Origin: Auanema rhodensis
Lineage: Eukaryota; Animalia; Nematoda
Assembly: GCA_964057225.1 (NCBI GenBank)
Contig: OZ059895.1
Span: 12,028,001-12,092,000, forward strand
Direction of reading: 5' to 3'
Length of the DNA stretch: 64,000 nucleotides
Position 1 is the first letter of the stretch; each line of letters opens with the position of its first letter. Below the pieces are notes generated by a model, which was not told where the DNA came from, did no database searches, and saw only the letters and a program-made list of their open reading frames with translations. The position numbers were made by a program, and so were the translations under genes. This document shows positions 19,884 to 32,968 of the stretch, one piece after another.

Positions 19884-20296
19884 CGTTCCATGGTGGTTCC
19901 CCAGGGTTCCGGCTGGGTAACCACATGGAATTACTTTCTTTTCTTCCAAATATAAATGATAAAGAGTATAGAGAGAAAGGTTTATTCATGATAAAGTATA
20001 CAAATTACAATAATAAAAGTTACATAATGATTCCTAGTCGCAGCCCAAAGGACTCGTAAGGAAACCTTATATAGTTTTCCTTACGAGCATAAAAAGTGGT
20101 TATATCAGGTCTGCGGAACTTGGTTCCGCTTGAATTGGGCTTTCTTTAATTAAACTTAATATGAAAAAGTGTTCGTTCATTATTGCATTGAATTCCTGTT
20201 TCTCAAATGTAGCGTCAGCTATTTGTTTTTATAATGTTCCGTTTTATAAGCGATTGACGTTGTCAATCGCTCTACTTATAGGACACGTATGGAACA
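19884..20296 (-). repeat. 3' LTR of element 2
   Basis: Direct repeat of 23637-24049; reads TG...CG on the minus strand. Confidence 0.95.
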
Positions 20297-20499
20297 TGCC
20301 TAATATCGAAAAAGTAGCTGACCTCAGCTACATCGAGAAAGTGAAATTCCATGCAAATGTGAAAGTTGTATGAAATGTTTCAAAAAATAAAAGAATACTG
20401 ATAATACAGAACAATTTTATGAGAAAAAATAAAAGGAAAACAATGTAATTACAAAATAATATATCATATATCATACTGGGAATCTTTCAAAAGTTCTTT

Positions 20500-21102
20500 T
20501 TAGTCTTCTTCATAATACTGGTATATCTCTGGTAATGGTGATGATCCTAGGTCGTGGAGAAGATCCATAGTCTTGTTGCATAAATCCGTTTTTCTTTCCA
20601 TTTCTTCCTTGGTGGTTGCTGGTGATGCCAGAAATATTTGTAGAGCATTTATAATGCTTTTTCTTGCCTCTGTGGATGGCAGTTCGCTGCAATGTTGCAG
20701 GCTCCATTCTTGATAGGCCGAATGGGTCTCGGCAATAATCCAGTTTGGTGTCTGCTGTACTGGTGAATCGCAACTAGGTGAATAACCTAGTTGGTCCCTT
20801 AGTTCAGCAATGGCATCTCGGATGACTCCTGCTATGTTGGTCCATGGTCCTATGCAGTGGTCAACCTCCGACAGTTGATCCTTGTCGTATTGGTAACATA
20901 GGATTTTGAGCGTTTCAGTACTGGTGTTCGCTCTTGTTAGTCCTTGAACTAACTCCTTCAGGATCTTCTCTTTTCTGGGGCGGTTGGCGATGGTATTGGC
21001 GCCTAGCTGCTTCAATTCTCTTACTAATAGTTGAATTGAAAGCCATCTCTTTTTGGCCATCATGAGGGGAATTTCGACGGCTTCAGGAAGTTGGGTGGAC
21101 AT
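20500..21102 (-). CDS. Accessory ORF of element 2, 200 aa, homologue of 12556-13191
   Basis: EIPLMMAKKRW vs ETPIAMIKEKW; LRDQLGY vs LREDLGY; PNWIIAETH vs PRWAAEEIH; ALQIFLASPATT vs ALRILMATRATT. Confidence 0.87.
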   Translation of the reverse strand: MSTQLPEAVEIPLMMAKKRWLSIQLLVRELKQLGANTIANRPRKEKILKELVQGLTRANTSTETLKILCYQYDKDQLSEVDHCIGPWTNIAGVIRDAIAELRDQLGYSPSCDSPVQQTPNWIIAETHSAYQEWSLQHCSELPSTEARKSIINALQIFLASPATTKEEMERKTDLCNKTMDLLHDLGSSPLPEIYQYYEED

Positions 21103-21472
21103 TGTTTTCTTTGTTACTGTTTTCTGTCCTTTTATCCTTTTAAAACTAGGTCGGTCTGTTCCTTCCTTTTTGTCGCCTCCTTTTTGATCAGTTAGGTGAA
21201 AAAGTGATGAAGATTGGTAATTAAAACTTTGCAGTGATTTTTGAAAGATTCCAAGTATGATGTATAATTTTATTTTGAAATTTTTGTTATTAATACAATA
21301 TTGTTATGAGAGTGAAAAAAATAAAAATGTACAATAATTTGTGTAGAATTTTATGTATTACTTAAATGAGAAGAAAAAAAAAATATATGTTCAAGTTTAG
21401 ATGAAAATTATGAAAATTATGAAAATGGTATTATACTTTTTGTGATTTTTATATAGAAATTATGGATTTTTA

Positions 21473-22210
21473 CTATTGTTCTAGCTTCTTACTTGTAGTC
21501 CCAATAACTGTTGACGGTCTTTTCTTATGGATGACTGGTACTGTTGGTGCCACGAAGTTTGGGTCCGGGATCTGACTCTTCGAAACTCTCTTCTTCGGCT
21601 CTGTTACTGGTATGGTGCTGTAATACCTTATCGGCACATGATAAGGTTTTGCTGGCGTTGTAGGGGAATTATCTTCTAATCCCAATGCCAATTTAAGTGC
21701 TGAACTCCATTTCTTAATTGTGGGTGGCTCCTTCTTCCGTTCCTCATATAATTCTTTTCTTGCGTTTTCTTCTATTTTCTCTGATAGTTTGGTGAATTTC
21801 GAGGAAGAGGAGAAGAAAGAATAGCAGTATTTGGGTATGAAAATGATATTTGAGAATAATCTTTACAAGGGGAAGTATTTGTGCTAACATAGGTAGAGCT
21901 TTTGATAACGTTAGAATTGCGTTTAGGAGTTTGTTTGTTAATAGACGTTTTAATTTTACTAAGAGTAATAGCGTGGCGAGAAGTTTTGATAGCTGTTGTG
22001 CCTATTTTTTTTCGCGGGGGTACCCGGTATAGCGGGTGGTTTCTTTGCAGCAGTAGGTCGGCGCTTCGTGTCCGGCTCATAAACATTTGGAGGTCCTCTC
22101 TTTCTTTGATTCTGCTCGAGTACTGGCTCGACGTGCGTATCATTACGGGGGGCTGCGCTCTGTGGATTTGTTTTATCCTGCGGAGGATTTTAACTCTTCG
22201 AGTCCGTCAT
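21473..22210 (-). pseudogene. Fused remnants of the polyprotein: N-terminal gag extension joined to the C-terminal ~105 aa of pol
   Basis: MTDSKS*NPP...NQRKRGPP...IPGTP (stop at codon 7, then a frameshift), TTAIKTSRHAI...SPLPRNSP, junction near 21795, then ELYEERKKE..WSSALKLALG...KKRPSTVIG. Confidence 0.85.
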
Positions 22211-23617
22211 CTTATTGGTTTTCCTGGAAAGGAAATTATTATACCAACGATGCGAATCTTATAAAAATATATATACAACGTGAGAGGCAATATGGGGTTG
22301 TATGCGTGACGCTTGCTAGGGGGCCAGCCTGCAGCGAATCTTCTAACGGAGAATTGCTCAATCGGGTACATACACGGGCCTGTGACCGGTGCGCCCTTTC
22401 TAGGATCAAGTTCCCATCTCTCGAATAGGCGTGAAATATACGACGGTGATCTAAGCAGTATTCCCTTTCAGTCTTTCGACAAGATTAGGTGCTCAGGCCT
22501 CGTACATTCACTTTTCCAGACTTCTCTTGCCTATGAAAAATCACAGAAATCGCTCCCTTAACGAAATTCTGCTCCCCTGATTTTTCATGGTGAGACCACT
22601 CTAACACTTTCATTCTCGACTAATTCTGTCGTAATTTTCAAATTTGCAAAAATAGGACCAAAAAGGGATCTTCAAAATCAGGAATGCGTACGTCTTATAT
22701 CAAAAATAGTGGTTGCCTCCGCTCAGTTCTCGAGACAGTCTGGTATTGCTTCTCACGGGCTACTTTTAGGATCAAAATGCAAAATTATAAATCTTAGTTT
22801 CGGGATTCAGATAAAAAAAATTTCAAAATTATTTGACTGTTTTCTGGGTTATATTAGGAAGAAGAGAAAAAATAATAGTAATAAGAGAGAGAAAAAGAAA
22901 AAATTTAAAAGAAGATAAAAGAAAAATAAAATAGGAATATAGTAGGAATATAGTAGGAATATAGTACTAGTATAGAATAGTTTTGTACATAAATATATAT
23001 ATATATATATATATAAAAGAGTAATACATTTTAAAGGATAGAATAGAAATTAATGAATTTTAATATATATAAAACAATGAATTTTGTGATGATTCATGAA
23101 AGAAATTAATTCATTTTTGATTCAAAAATTGTTTGAAACTTTATAACAAAAGTTTATGAGAGATAGAATAGATTTTGATTAAAAAAAAAACAGAAAAAGA
23201 AAAGATTGACAGAAAAAAAATATCGAAATACCTTTCTTTAAATGAATAAATATAAAAGAATTTCAAATTAATTTATGATAGTTATAAACAAAGTTTTTCC
23301 TCAAAAAAATGAATGAAAGATCTTAGAATATGGATAAAAATCGAAATGTTTCTTTTAAATGAATGAATATAAAATTTCAAAATTAAGTTGTTTCAAAATA
23401 TATCTTTTTAAATAAATGTATATAAGATTTCAGTATTAATTTATGAATCAAAATCAAAATAAAGTTCTTTGAATGAATGAAATAAAGAAGAGAAAGGTTT
23501 CAAATTAAATTCATATAGCATAATCGAAATATAATTCTTTAATTAGATGTATGAAAGACAACAAAATTAAATTTATGTAGCGAAATATGGTTCTTAGAGA
23601 TTCGTCGGTTATAGACG

Positions 23618-23636
23618 AATCTCGGCGGAACCTCCA
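23618..23636 (-). promoter_or_regulatory. tRNA-Gln primer binding site of element 2
   Basis: TGGAGGTTCCGCCGAGATT on the minus strand, adjacent to the 5' LTR. Confidence 0.85.
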
Positions 23637-24049
23637 CGTTCCATGGTGGTTCCCCAGGGTTCCGGCTGGGTAACCACATGGAATTATTTTCTTTTCTTCC
23701 AAATATAAATGATAAAGAGTATAGAGAGAAAGGTTTATTCATGATAAAGTATACAAATTACAATAATAAAAGTTACATAATGATTCCTAGTCGCAGCCCA
23801 AAGGACTCGTAAGGAAACCTTATATAGTTTTCCTTACGAGCATAAAAAGTGGTTATATCAGGTCTGCGGAACTTGGTTCCGCTTGAATTGGGCTTTCTTT
23901 AATTAAACTTAATATGAAAAAGTGTTCGTTCATTATTGCATTGAATTCCTGTTTCTCAAATGTAGCGTCAGCTATTTGTTTTTATAATGTTCCGTTTTAT
24001 AAGCGATTGACGTTGTCAATCGCTCTACTTATAGGACACGTATGGAACA
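23637..24049 (-). repeat. 5' LTR of element 2
   Basis: Direct repeat of 19884-20296. Confidence 0.95.
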
Positions 24050-24106
24050 TGGAAAAAAAACAATAACGAGGATAAATATGTAAATCATTGAATATCAGAT
24101 ATTTTC

Positions 24107-24225
24107 GCTTACGACCATACCACGTTGAAAGAACGCCATCCCGTCCGATCTGGCAAGTCAAGCAACGTTGGGCCCGGTTAGTACTTGGATCGGAGACAGC
24201 TTGGGAATCCCGGGTGCCGTAAGCT
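24107..24225 (+). rRNA. 5S rRNA
   Basis: 119-nt 5S. Confidence 0.93.
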
Positions 24226-24635
24226 TTTCAAATTTTTTTAACGATCACACCACGTTGAAAGTACGCCATGCAGCTGATTTTCAATTTTATCTCTTCCGTA
24301 ACAAATGTTTTCAATTTTCCAGCAGTTTTACTTAGATAGCTCAACCCAAGCCATTAAAATATCTTCAATCTTATTTCTATATTACAATTATAAACCAGTA
24401 GTTTATGAACCTTCATTTTAACTTTACTGTTTCTATCTATTTCCTATTGAAACAAACATTGTTTAAACACTATACAACTGTGAAACCTTTTTTAATTTAT
24501 TGTATTTGGATCTCATAAGATTTGATATCATCGAGGGATTTAGATGTTACGTAGAAAATTACATAACTAACATGAAATTGGAAAAAAAACAATAACGAGA
24601 ATAAGTATGTAAATCATTGAATATCAGATATTTTC

Positions 24636-24754
24636 GCTTACGACCATACCACGTTGAAAGTACGCCATCCCGTCCGATCTGGCAAGTCAAGCAACGTTGG
24701 GCCCGGTTAGTACTTGGATCGGAGACGGCTTGGGAATCCCGGGTGCCGTAAGCT
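24636..24754 (+). rRNA. 5S rRNA (consensus type)
   Basis: 119-nt 5S. Confidence 0.96.
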
Positions 24755-25166
24755 TTTCAAATTTTTTTAACGATCATACCACGTTGAAAGTACGCCATGC
24801 AGCTGATTTTCAATTTTATCTCTTCCGTAACAAATGTTTTCAATTTTCCAGCAGTTTTACTTAGATAGCTCAACCCAAGGCATTAAAATATCTTCAATCT
24901 TATTTCTATATTACAGTTATAAACCAGTAGTTTATGAACCTTCATCTTAACTTTACTGTTTCTATCTATTTCCTATTGGAACAAACATTGTTTAAACACT
25001 ATACAACTGTGAAACCTTTTTTAATTTATTGTATTTGGATCTCATAAGATTTGATATCATCGAGGGATTTAGATGTTACGTAGAAAATTACATAACTAAC
25101 ATGAAATTTGGAAAAAAAAACAATAACGAGGATAAGTATGTAAATCATTGAATATCAGATATTTTC

Positions 25167-25285
25167 GCTTACGACCATACCACGTTGTAAGTACGCCATC
25201 CCGTCCGATCTGGCAAGTCAAGCAACGTTGGGCCCGGTTAGTACTTGGATCGGAGACGGCTTGGGAATCCCGGGTGCCGTAAGCT
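25167..25285 (+). rRNA. 5S rRNA
   Basis: 119-nt 5S. Confidence 0.94.
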
Positions 25286-25695
25286 TTTCAAATTTTTTTA
25301 ACGATCATACCACGTTGAAAGTACGCCATGCAGCTGATTTTCAATTTTATCTCTTCCGTAACAAATGTTTTCAATTTTCCAGCAGTTTTACTTAGATAGC
25401 TCAACCCAAGGCATTAAAATATCTTCAATTTTATTTCTATATTACAGTTATAAACCAGTAGTTTATGAACCTTCATCTTAACTTTACTGTTTCTATCTAT
25501 TTCCTATTGAAACAAACATTGTTTAAACACTATACAACTGTGAAACCTTTTTTAATTTATTGTATTTGGATCTCATAAGATTTGATATCATCGAGGGATT
25601 TAGATGTTACGTAGAAAATTACATAACTAACATGAAATTGGAAAAAAAACAATAACGAGGATAAGTATGTAAATCATTGAATATCAGATATTTTC

Positions 25696-25814
25696 GCTTA
25701 CGACCATACCACGTTGAAAGTACGCCATCCCGTCCGATCTGGCAAGTCAAGCAACGTTGGGCCCGGTTAGTACTTGGATCGGAGACGGCTTGGGAATCCC
25801 GGGTGCCGTAAGCT
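25696..25814 (+). rRNA. 5S rRNA (consensus type)
   Basis: 119-nt 5S. Confidence 0.96.
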
Positions 25815-26226
25815 TTTCAAATTTTTTTAACGATCATACCACGTTGAAAGTACGCCATGCAGCTGATTTTCAATTTTATCTCTTCCGTAACAAATGTTTT
25901 CAATTTTCCAGCAGTTTTACTTAGATAGCTCAACCCAAGGCATTAAAATATCTTCAATCTTATTTCTATATTACAGTTATAAACCAGTAGTTTATGAACC
26001 TTCATCTTAACTTTACTGTTTCTATCTATTTCCTATTGGAACAAACATTGTTTAAACACTATACAACTGTGAAACCTTTTTTAATTTATTGTATTTGGAT
26101 CTCATAAGATTTGATATCATCGAGGGATTTAGATGTTACGTAGAAAATTACATAACTAACATGAAATTTGGAAAAAAAAACAATAACGAGGATAAGTATG
26201 TAAATCATTGAATATCAGATATTTTC

Positions 26227-26345
26227 GCTTACGACCATACCACGTTGAAAGAACGCCATCCCGTCCGATCTGGCAAGTCAAGCAACGTTGGGCCCGGTTA
26301 GTACTTGGATCGGAGACAGCTTGGGAATCCCGGGTGCCGTAAGCT
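26227..26345 (+). rRNA. 5S rRNA
   Basis: 119-nt 5S. Confidence 0.93.
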
Positions 26346-26755
26346 TTTCAAATTTTTTTAACGATCACACCACGTTGAAAGTACGCCATGCAGCTGATTT
26401 TCAATTTTATCTCTTCCGTAACAAATGTTTTCAATTTTCCAGCAGTTTTACTTAGATAGCTCAACCCAAGCCATTAAAATATCTTCAATCTTATTTCTAT
26501 ATTACAATTATAAACCAGTAGTTTATGAACCTTCATTTTAACTTTACTGTTTCTATCTATTTCCTATTGAAACAAACATTGTTTAAACACTATACAACTG
26601 TGAAACCTTTTTTAATTTATTGTATTTGGATCTCATAAGATTTGATATCATCGAGGGATTTAGATGTTACGTAGAAAATTACATAACTAACATGAAATTG
26701 GAAAAAAAACAATAACGAGAATAAGTATGTAAATCATTGAATATCAGATATTTTC

Positions 26756-26874
26756 GCTTACGACCATACCACGTTGAAAGTACGCCATCCCGTCCGATCT
26801 GGCAAGTCAAGCAACGTTGGGCCCGGTTAGTACTTGGATCGGAGACGGCTTGGGAATCCCGGGTGCCGTAAGCT
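26756..26874 (+). rRNA. 5S rRNA (consensus type)
   Basis: 119-nt 5S. Confidence 0.96.
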
Positions 26875-27286
26875 TTTCAAATTTTTTTAACGATCATACC
26901 ACGTTGAAAGTACGCCATGCAGCTGATTTTCAATTTTATCTCTTCCGTAACAAATGTTTTCAATTTTCCAGCAGTTTTACTTAGATAGCTCAACCCAAGG
27001 CATTAAAATATCTTCAATCTTATTTCTATATTACAGTTATAAACCAGTAGTTTATGAACCTTCATCTTAACTTTACTGTTTCTATCTATTTCCTATTGGA
27101 ACAAACATTGTTTAAACACTATACAACTGTGAAACCTTTTTTAATTTATTGTATTTGGATCTCATAAGATTTGATATCATCGAGGGATTTAGATGTTACG
27201 TAGAAAATTACATAACTAACATGAAATTTGGAAAAAAAAACAATAACGAGGATAAGTATGTAAATCATTGAATATCAGATATTTTC

Positions 27287-27405
27287 GCTTACGACCATAC
27301 CACGTTGTAAGTACGCCATCCCGTCCGATCTGGCAAGTCAAGCAACGTTGGGCCCGGTTAGTACTTGGATCGGAGACGGCTTGGGAATCCCGGGTGCCGT
27401 AAGCT
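27287..27405 (+). rRNA. 5S rRNA
   Basis: 119-nt 5S. Confidence 0.94.
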
Positions 27406-27815
27406 TTTCAAATTTTTTTAACGATCATACCACGTTGAAAGTACGCCATGCAGCTGATTTTCAATTTTATCTCTTCCGTAACAAATGTTTTCAATTTTCC
27501 AGCAGTTTTACTTAGATAGCTCAACCCAAGGCATTAAAATATCTTCAATTTTATTTCTATATTACAGTTATAAACCAGTAGTTTATGAACCTTCATCTTA
27601 ACTTTACTGTTTCTATCTATTTCCTATTGAAACAAACATTGTTTAAACACTATACAACTGTGAAACCTTTTTTAATTTATTGTATTTGGATCTCATAAGA
27701 TTTGATATCATCGAGGGATTTAGATGTTACGTAGAAAATTACATAACTAACATGAAATTGGAAAAAAAACAATAACGAGGATAAGTATGTAAATCATTGA
27801 ATATCAGATATTTTC

Positions 27816-27934
27816 GCTTACGACCATACCACGTTGAAAGTACGCCATCCCGTCCGATCTGGCAAGTCAAGCAACGTTGGGCCCGGTTAGTACTTGGATC
27901 GGAGACGGCTTGGGAATCCCGGGTGCCGTAAGCT
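27816..27934 (+). rRNA. 5S rRNA (consensus type)
   Basis: 119-nt 5S. Confidence 0.96.
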
Positions 27935-28346
27935 TTTCAAATTTTTTTAACGATCATACCACGTTGAAAGTACGCCATGCAGCTGATTTTCAATTTTATC
28001 TCTTCCGTAACAAATGTTTTCAATTTTCCAGCAGTTTTACTTAGATAGCTCAACCCAAGGCATTAAAATATCTTCAATCTTATTTCTATATTACAGTTAT
28101 AAACCAGTAGTTTATGAACCTTCATCTTAACTTTACTGTTTCTATCTATTTCCTATTGGAACAAACATTGTTTAAACACTATACAACTGTGAAACCTTTT
28201 TTAATTTATTGTATTTGGATCTCATAAGATTTGATATCATCGAGGGATTTAGATGTTACGTAGAAAATTACATAACTAACATGAAATTTGGAAAAAAAAA
28301 CAATAACGAGGATAAGTATGTAAATCATTGAATATCAGATATTTTC

Positions 28347-28465
28347 GCTTACGACCATACCACGTTGAAAGTACGCCATCCCGTCCGATCTGGCAAGTCA
28401 AGCAACGTTGGGCCCGGTTAGTACTTGGATCGGAGACAGCTTGGGAATCCCGGGTGCCGTAAGCT
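28347..28465 (+). rRNA. 5S rRNA
   Basis: 119-nt 5S. Confidence 0.94.
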
Positions 28466-28875
28466 TTTCAAATTTTTTTAACGATCATACCACGTTGAAA
28501 GTACGCCATGCAGCTGATTTTCAATTTTATCTCTTCCGTAACAAATGTTTTCAATTTTCCAGCAGTTTTACTTAGATAGCTCAACCCAAGGCATTAAAAT
28601 ATCTTCAATCTTATTTCTATATTACAGTTATAAACCAGTAGTTTATGAACCTTCATCTTAACTTTACTGTTTCTATCTATTTCCTATTGAAACAAACATT
28701 GTTTAAACACTATACAACTGTGAAACCTTTTTTAATTTATTGTATTTGGATCTCATAAGATTTGATATCATCGATGGATTTAGATGTTACGTAGAAAATT
28801 ACATAACTAACATGAAATTGGAAAAAAAACAATAACGAGGATAAGTATGTAGATCATTGAATATCAGATATTTTC

Positions 28876-28994
28876 GCTTACGACCATACCACGTTGAAAG
28901 TACGCCATCCCGTCCGATCTGGCAAGTCAAACAACGTTGGGCCCGGTTAGTACTTGGATCGGAGACGGCTTCTGAATCCCGGGTGCCGTAAGCA
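28876..28994 (+). rRNA. 5S rRNA (CTTCTGAA variant)
   Basis: 119-nt 5S. Confidence 0.85.
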
Positions 28995-29803
28995 TTTCAA
29001 ATTTTTTTAACGATCATACCACGTTGAAAGTACGCCATGCAGCTGATTTTCAATTTTATCTCTTCCGTAACAAAAGTTTTCATTTTTCCAGCAGTTTTAC
29101 TTAGATAGCTCAACCCAAGGCATTAAAATATCTTCAATCTTATTTCTATATTACAGTTATAAACCAGTAGTTTATGAACCTTCATCTTAACTTTACTGTT
29201 TCTATCTATTTCCTATTGAAACAAACATTGTTTAAACACTATACAACTGTGAAACCTTTTTTAATTTATCGTATTTGGATCTCATAAGATTTGATATCAT
29301 CGAGGGATTTAGATGTTACGTAGAAAATTACATAACTAACATGAAATTGGAAAAAAAACAATAACGAAGATAAGTATGTAGATCATTGAATATCAGATAT
29401 TTTCGCTTACGACCATACCACGTTGAAAGTACGCCATGCAGCTGATTTTCGATTTTATCTCTTCCGTAACAAAAGTTTTCAATTTTCCAGCAGTTTTACT
29501 TAGATAGCTCAGCCCAAGGCATTAAAATATCTTCAATCTTATTTCTATATTACAATTATAAACCAGTAGTTTATGAACCTTAATCTTAACTTTACTGTTT
29601 CTATCTATTTCCTATTAAAACAAACGTTGTTTAAACACTATACAACTGTGAAACCTTTTTTAATTTATTGTATTTGGAGCTCATAAGATTCAATATCATC
29701 GAGGGATTTAGATGTAACGTGGAAAATTACATAACTAACATGAAATTGGAAAAAAAACAATAACGAGGATAAATATGTAAATCATTGAATATCAGATATT
29801 TTC

Positions 29804-29922
29804 GCTTACGACCATACCACGTTGAAAGAACGCCATCCCGTCCGATCTGGCAAGTCAAGCAACTTTGGGCCCGGTTAGTACTTGGATCGGAGACAGCTTG
29901 AGAATCCCGGGTGCCGTAAGCT
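29804..29922 (+). rRNA. 5S rRNA (variant)
   Basis: 119-nt 5S. Confidence 0.87.
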
Positions 29923-30332
29923 TTTCAAATTTTTTTAACGATCATACCACGTTGAAAGTACGCCATGCAGCTGATTTTCAATTTTATCTCTTCCGTAACA
30001 AATGTTTTCAATTTTCCAGCAGTTTTACTTAGATAGCTCAACCCAAGGCATTAAAATATCTTCAATCTTATTTCTATATTACAGTTATAAACCAGTAGTT
30101 TATGAACCTTCATCTTAACTTTACTGTTTCTATCTATTTCCTATTGAAACAAACATTGTTTAAACACTATACAACTGTGAAACCCTTTTTAATTTATTGT
30201 TTTTGGATCTCATAAGATTTGATATCATCGAGGGATTTAGATGTTACGTAGAAAATTACATAACTAACATGAAATTGGAAAAAAAACAATAACGAGGATA
30301 AGTATGTAAATCATTGAATATCAGATATTTTC

Positions 30333-30451
30333 GCTTACGACCATACCACGTTGAAAGTACGCCATCCCGTCCGATCTGGCAAGTCAAGCAACGTTGGGCC
30401 CGGTTAGTACTTGGATCGGAGACGGCTTGGGAATCCCGGGTGCCGTAAGCT
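30333..30451 (+). rRNA. 5S rRNA (consensus type)
   Basis: 119-nt 5S. Confidence 0.96.
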
Positions 30452-30863
30452 TTTCAAATTTTTTTAACGATCATACCACGTTGAAAGTACGCCATGCAGC
30501 TGATTTTCAATTTTATCTCTTCCGTAACAAATGTTTTCAATTTTCCAGCAGTTTTACTTAGATAGCTCAACCCAAGGCATTAAAATATCTTCAATCTTAT
30601 TTCTATATTACAGTTATAAACCAGTAGTTTATGAACCTTAATTTTAACTCTACTGTTTCTATCTATTTCCTATTGGAACAAACATTGTTTAAACACTATA
30701 CAACTGTGAAACCTTTTTTAATTTATTGTATTTGGATCTCATAAGATTTGATATCATCGAGGGATTTAGATGTTACATAGAAAATTACATAACTAACATG
30801 AAATTTGGAAAAAAAAACAATAACGAGGATAAGTATGTAAATCATTGAATATCAGATATTTTC

Positions 30864-30982
30864 GCTTACGACCATACCACGTTGAAAGTACGCCATCCCG
30901 TCCGATCTGGCAAGTCAAGCAACGTTGGGCCCGGTTAGTACTTGGATCGGAGACAGCTTGGGAATCCCGGGTGCCGTAAGCT
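30864..30982 (+). rRNA. 5S rRNA
   Basis: 119-nt 5S. Confidence 0.94.
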
Positions 30983-31392
30983 TTTCAAATTTTTTTAACG
31001 ATCATACCACGTTGAAAGTACGCCATGCAGCTGATTTTCAATTTTATCTCTTCCGTAACAAATGTTTTCAATTTTCCAGCAGTTTTACTTAGATAGCTCA
31101 ACCCAAGGCATTAAAATATCTTCAATCTTATTTCTATATTACAGTTATAAACCAGTAGTTTATGAACCTTCATCTTAACTTTACTGTTTCTATCTATTTC
31201 CTATTGAAACAAACATTGTTTAAACACTATACAACTGTGAAACCTTTTTTAATTTATTGTATTTGGATCTCATAAGATTTGATATCATCGATGGATTTAG
31301 ATGTTACGTAGAAAATTACATAACTAACATGAAATTGGAAAAAAAACAATAACGAGGATAAGTATGTAGATCATTGAATATCAGATATTTTC

Positions 31393-31511
31393 GCTTACGA
31401 CCATACCACGTTGAAAGTACGCCATCCCGTCCGATCTGGCAAGTCAAACAACGTTGGGCCCGGTTAGTACTTGGATCGGAGACGGCTTCTGAATCCCGGG
31501 TGCCGTAAGCA
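31393..31511 (+). rRNA. 5S rRNA (CTTCTGAA variant)
   Basis: 119-nt 5S. Confidence 0.85.
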
Positions 31512-32320
31512 TTTCAAATTTTTTTAACGATCATACCACGTTGAAAGTACGCCATGCAGCTGATTTTCAATTTTATCTCTTCCGTAACAAAAGTTTTCAT
31601 TTTTCCAGCAGTTTTACTTAGATAGCTCAACCCAAGGCATTAAAATATCTTCAATCTTATTTCTATATTACAGTTATAAACCAGTAGTTTATGAACCTTC
31701 ATCTTAACTTTACTGTTTCTATCTATTTCCTATTGAAACAAACATTGTTTAAACACTATACAACTGTGAAACCTTTTTTAATTTATCGTATTTGGATCTC
31801 ATAAGATTTGATATCATCGAGGGATTTAGATGTTACGTAGAAAATTACATAACTAACATGAAATTGGAAAAAAAACAATAACGAAGATAAGTATGTAGAT
31901 CATTGAATATCAGATATTTTCGCTTACGACCATACCACGTTGAAAGTACGCCATGCAGCTGATTTTCGATTTTATCTCTTCCGTAACAAAAGTTTTCAAT
32001 TTTCCAGCAGTTTTACTTAGATAGCTCAGCCCAAGGCATTAAAATATCTTCAATCTTATTTCTATATTACAATTATAAACCAGTAGTTTATGAACCTTAA
32101 TCTTAACTTTACTGTTTCTATCTATTTCCTATTAAAACAAACGTTGTTTAAACACTATACAACTGTGAAACCTTTTTTAATTTATTGTATTTGGAGCTCA
32201 TAAGATTCAATATCATCGAGGGATTTAGATGTAACGTGGAAAATTACATAACTAACATGAAATTGGAAAAAAAACAATAACGAGGATAAATATGTAAATC
32301 ATTGAATATCAGATATTTTC

Positions 32321-32439
32321 GCTTACGACCATACCACGTTGAAAGAACGCCATCCCGTCCGATCTGGCAAGTCAAGCAACTTTGGGCCCGGTTAGTACTT
32401 GGATCGGAGACAGCTTGGGAATCCCGGGTGCCGTAAGCT
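32321..32439 (+). rRNA. 5S rRNA (variant)
   Basis: 119-nt 5S. Confidence 0.88.
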
Positions 32440-32849
32440 TTTCAAATTTTTTTAACGATCATACCACGTTGAAAGTACGCCATGCAGCTGATTTTCAATT
32501 TTATCTCTTCCGTAACAAATGTTTTCAATTTTCCAGCAGTTTTACTTAGATAGCTCAACCCAAGCCATCAAAATATCTTCAATCTTATTTCTATATTACA
32601 GTTATAAACCAGTAGTTTATGAACCTTCATCTTAACTTTACTGTTTCTATCTATTTCCTATTGAAACAAACATTGTTTAAACACTATACAACTGTGAAAC
32701 CTTTTTTAATTTATTGTATTTGGATCTCATAAGATTTGATATCATCGAGGGATTTAGATGTTACGTAGAAAATTACATAACTAACATGAAATTGGAAAAA
32801 AAACAATAACGAGGATAAGTATGTAAATCATTGAATATCAGATATTTTC

Positions 32850-32968
32850 GCTTACGACCATACCACGTTGAAAGTACGCCATCCCGTCCGATCTGGCAAG
32901 TCAAGCAACGTTGGGCCCGGTTAGTTCTTGGATCGGAGACGGCTTGGGAATCCCGGGTGCCTAAAGCT
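32850..32968 (+). rRNA. 5S rRNA (GTTCTT / CCTAAAGC variant)
   Basis: 119-nt 5S with helix I mismatches. Confidence 0.82.

Larger units (their letters stand above)
19884..24049 (-). mobile_element. Non-autonomous, internally deleted LTR element related to element 1
   Basis: 413-bp LTRs (19884-20296, 23637-24049) with one visible mismatch; TSD TGGA (19880-19883 / 24050-24053); tRNA-Gln PBS; homologous leader, gag N-terminus, pol tail and accessory ORF. Confidence 0.94.
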
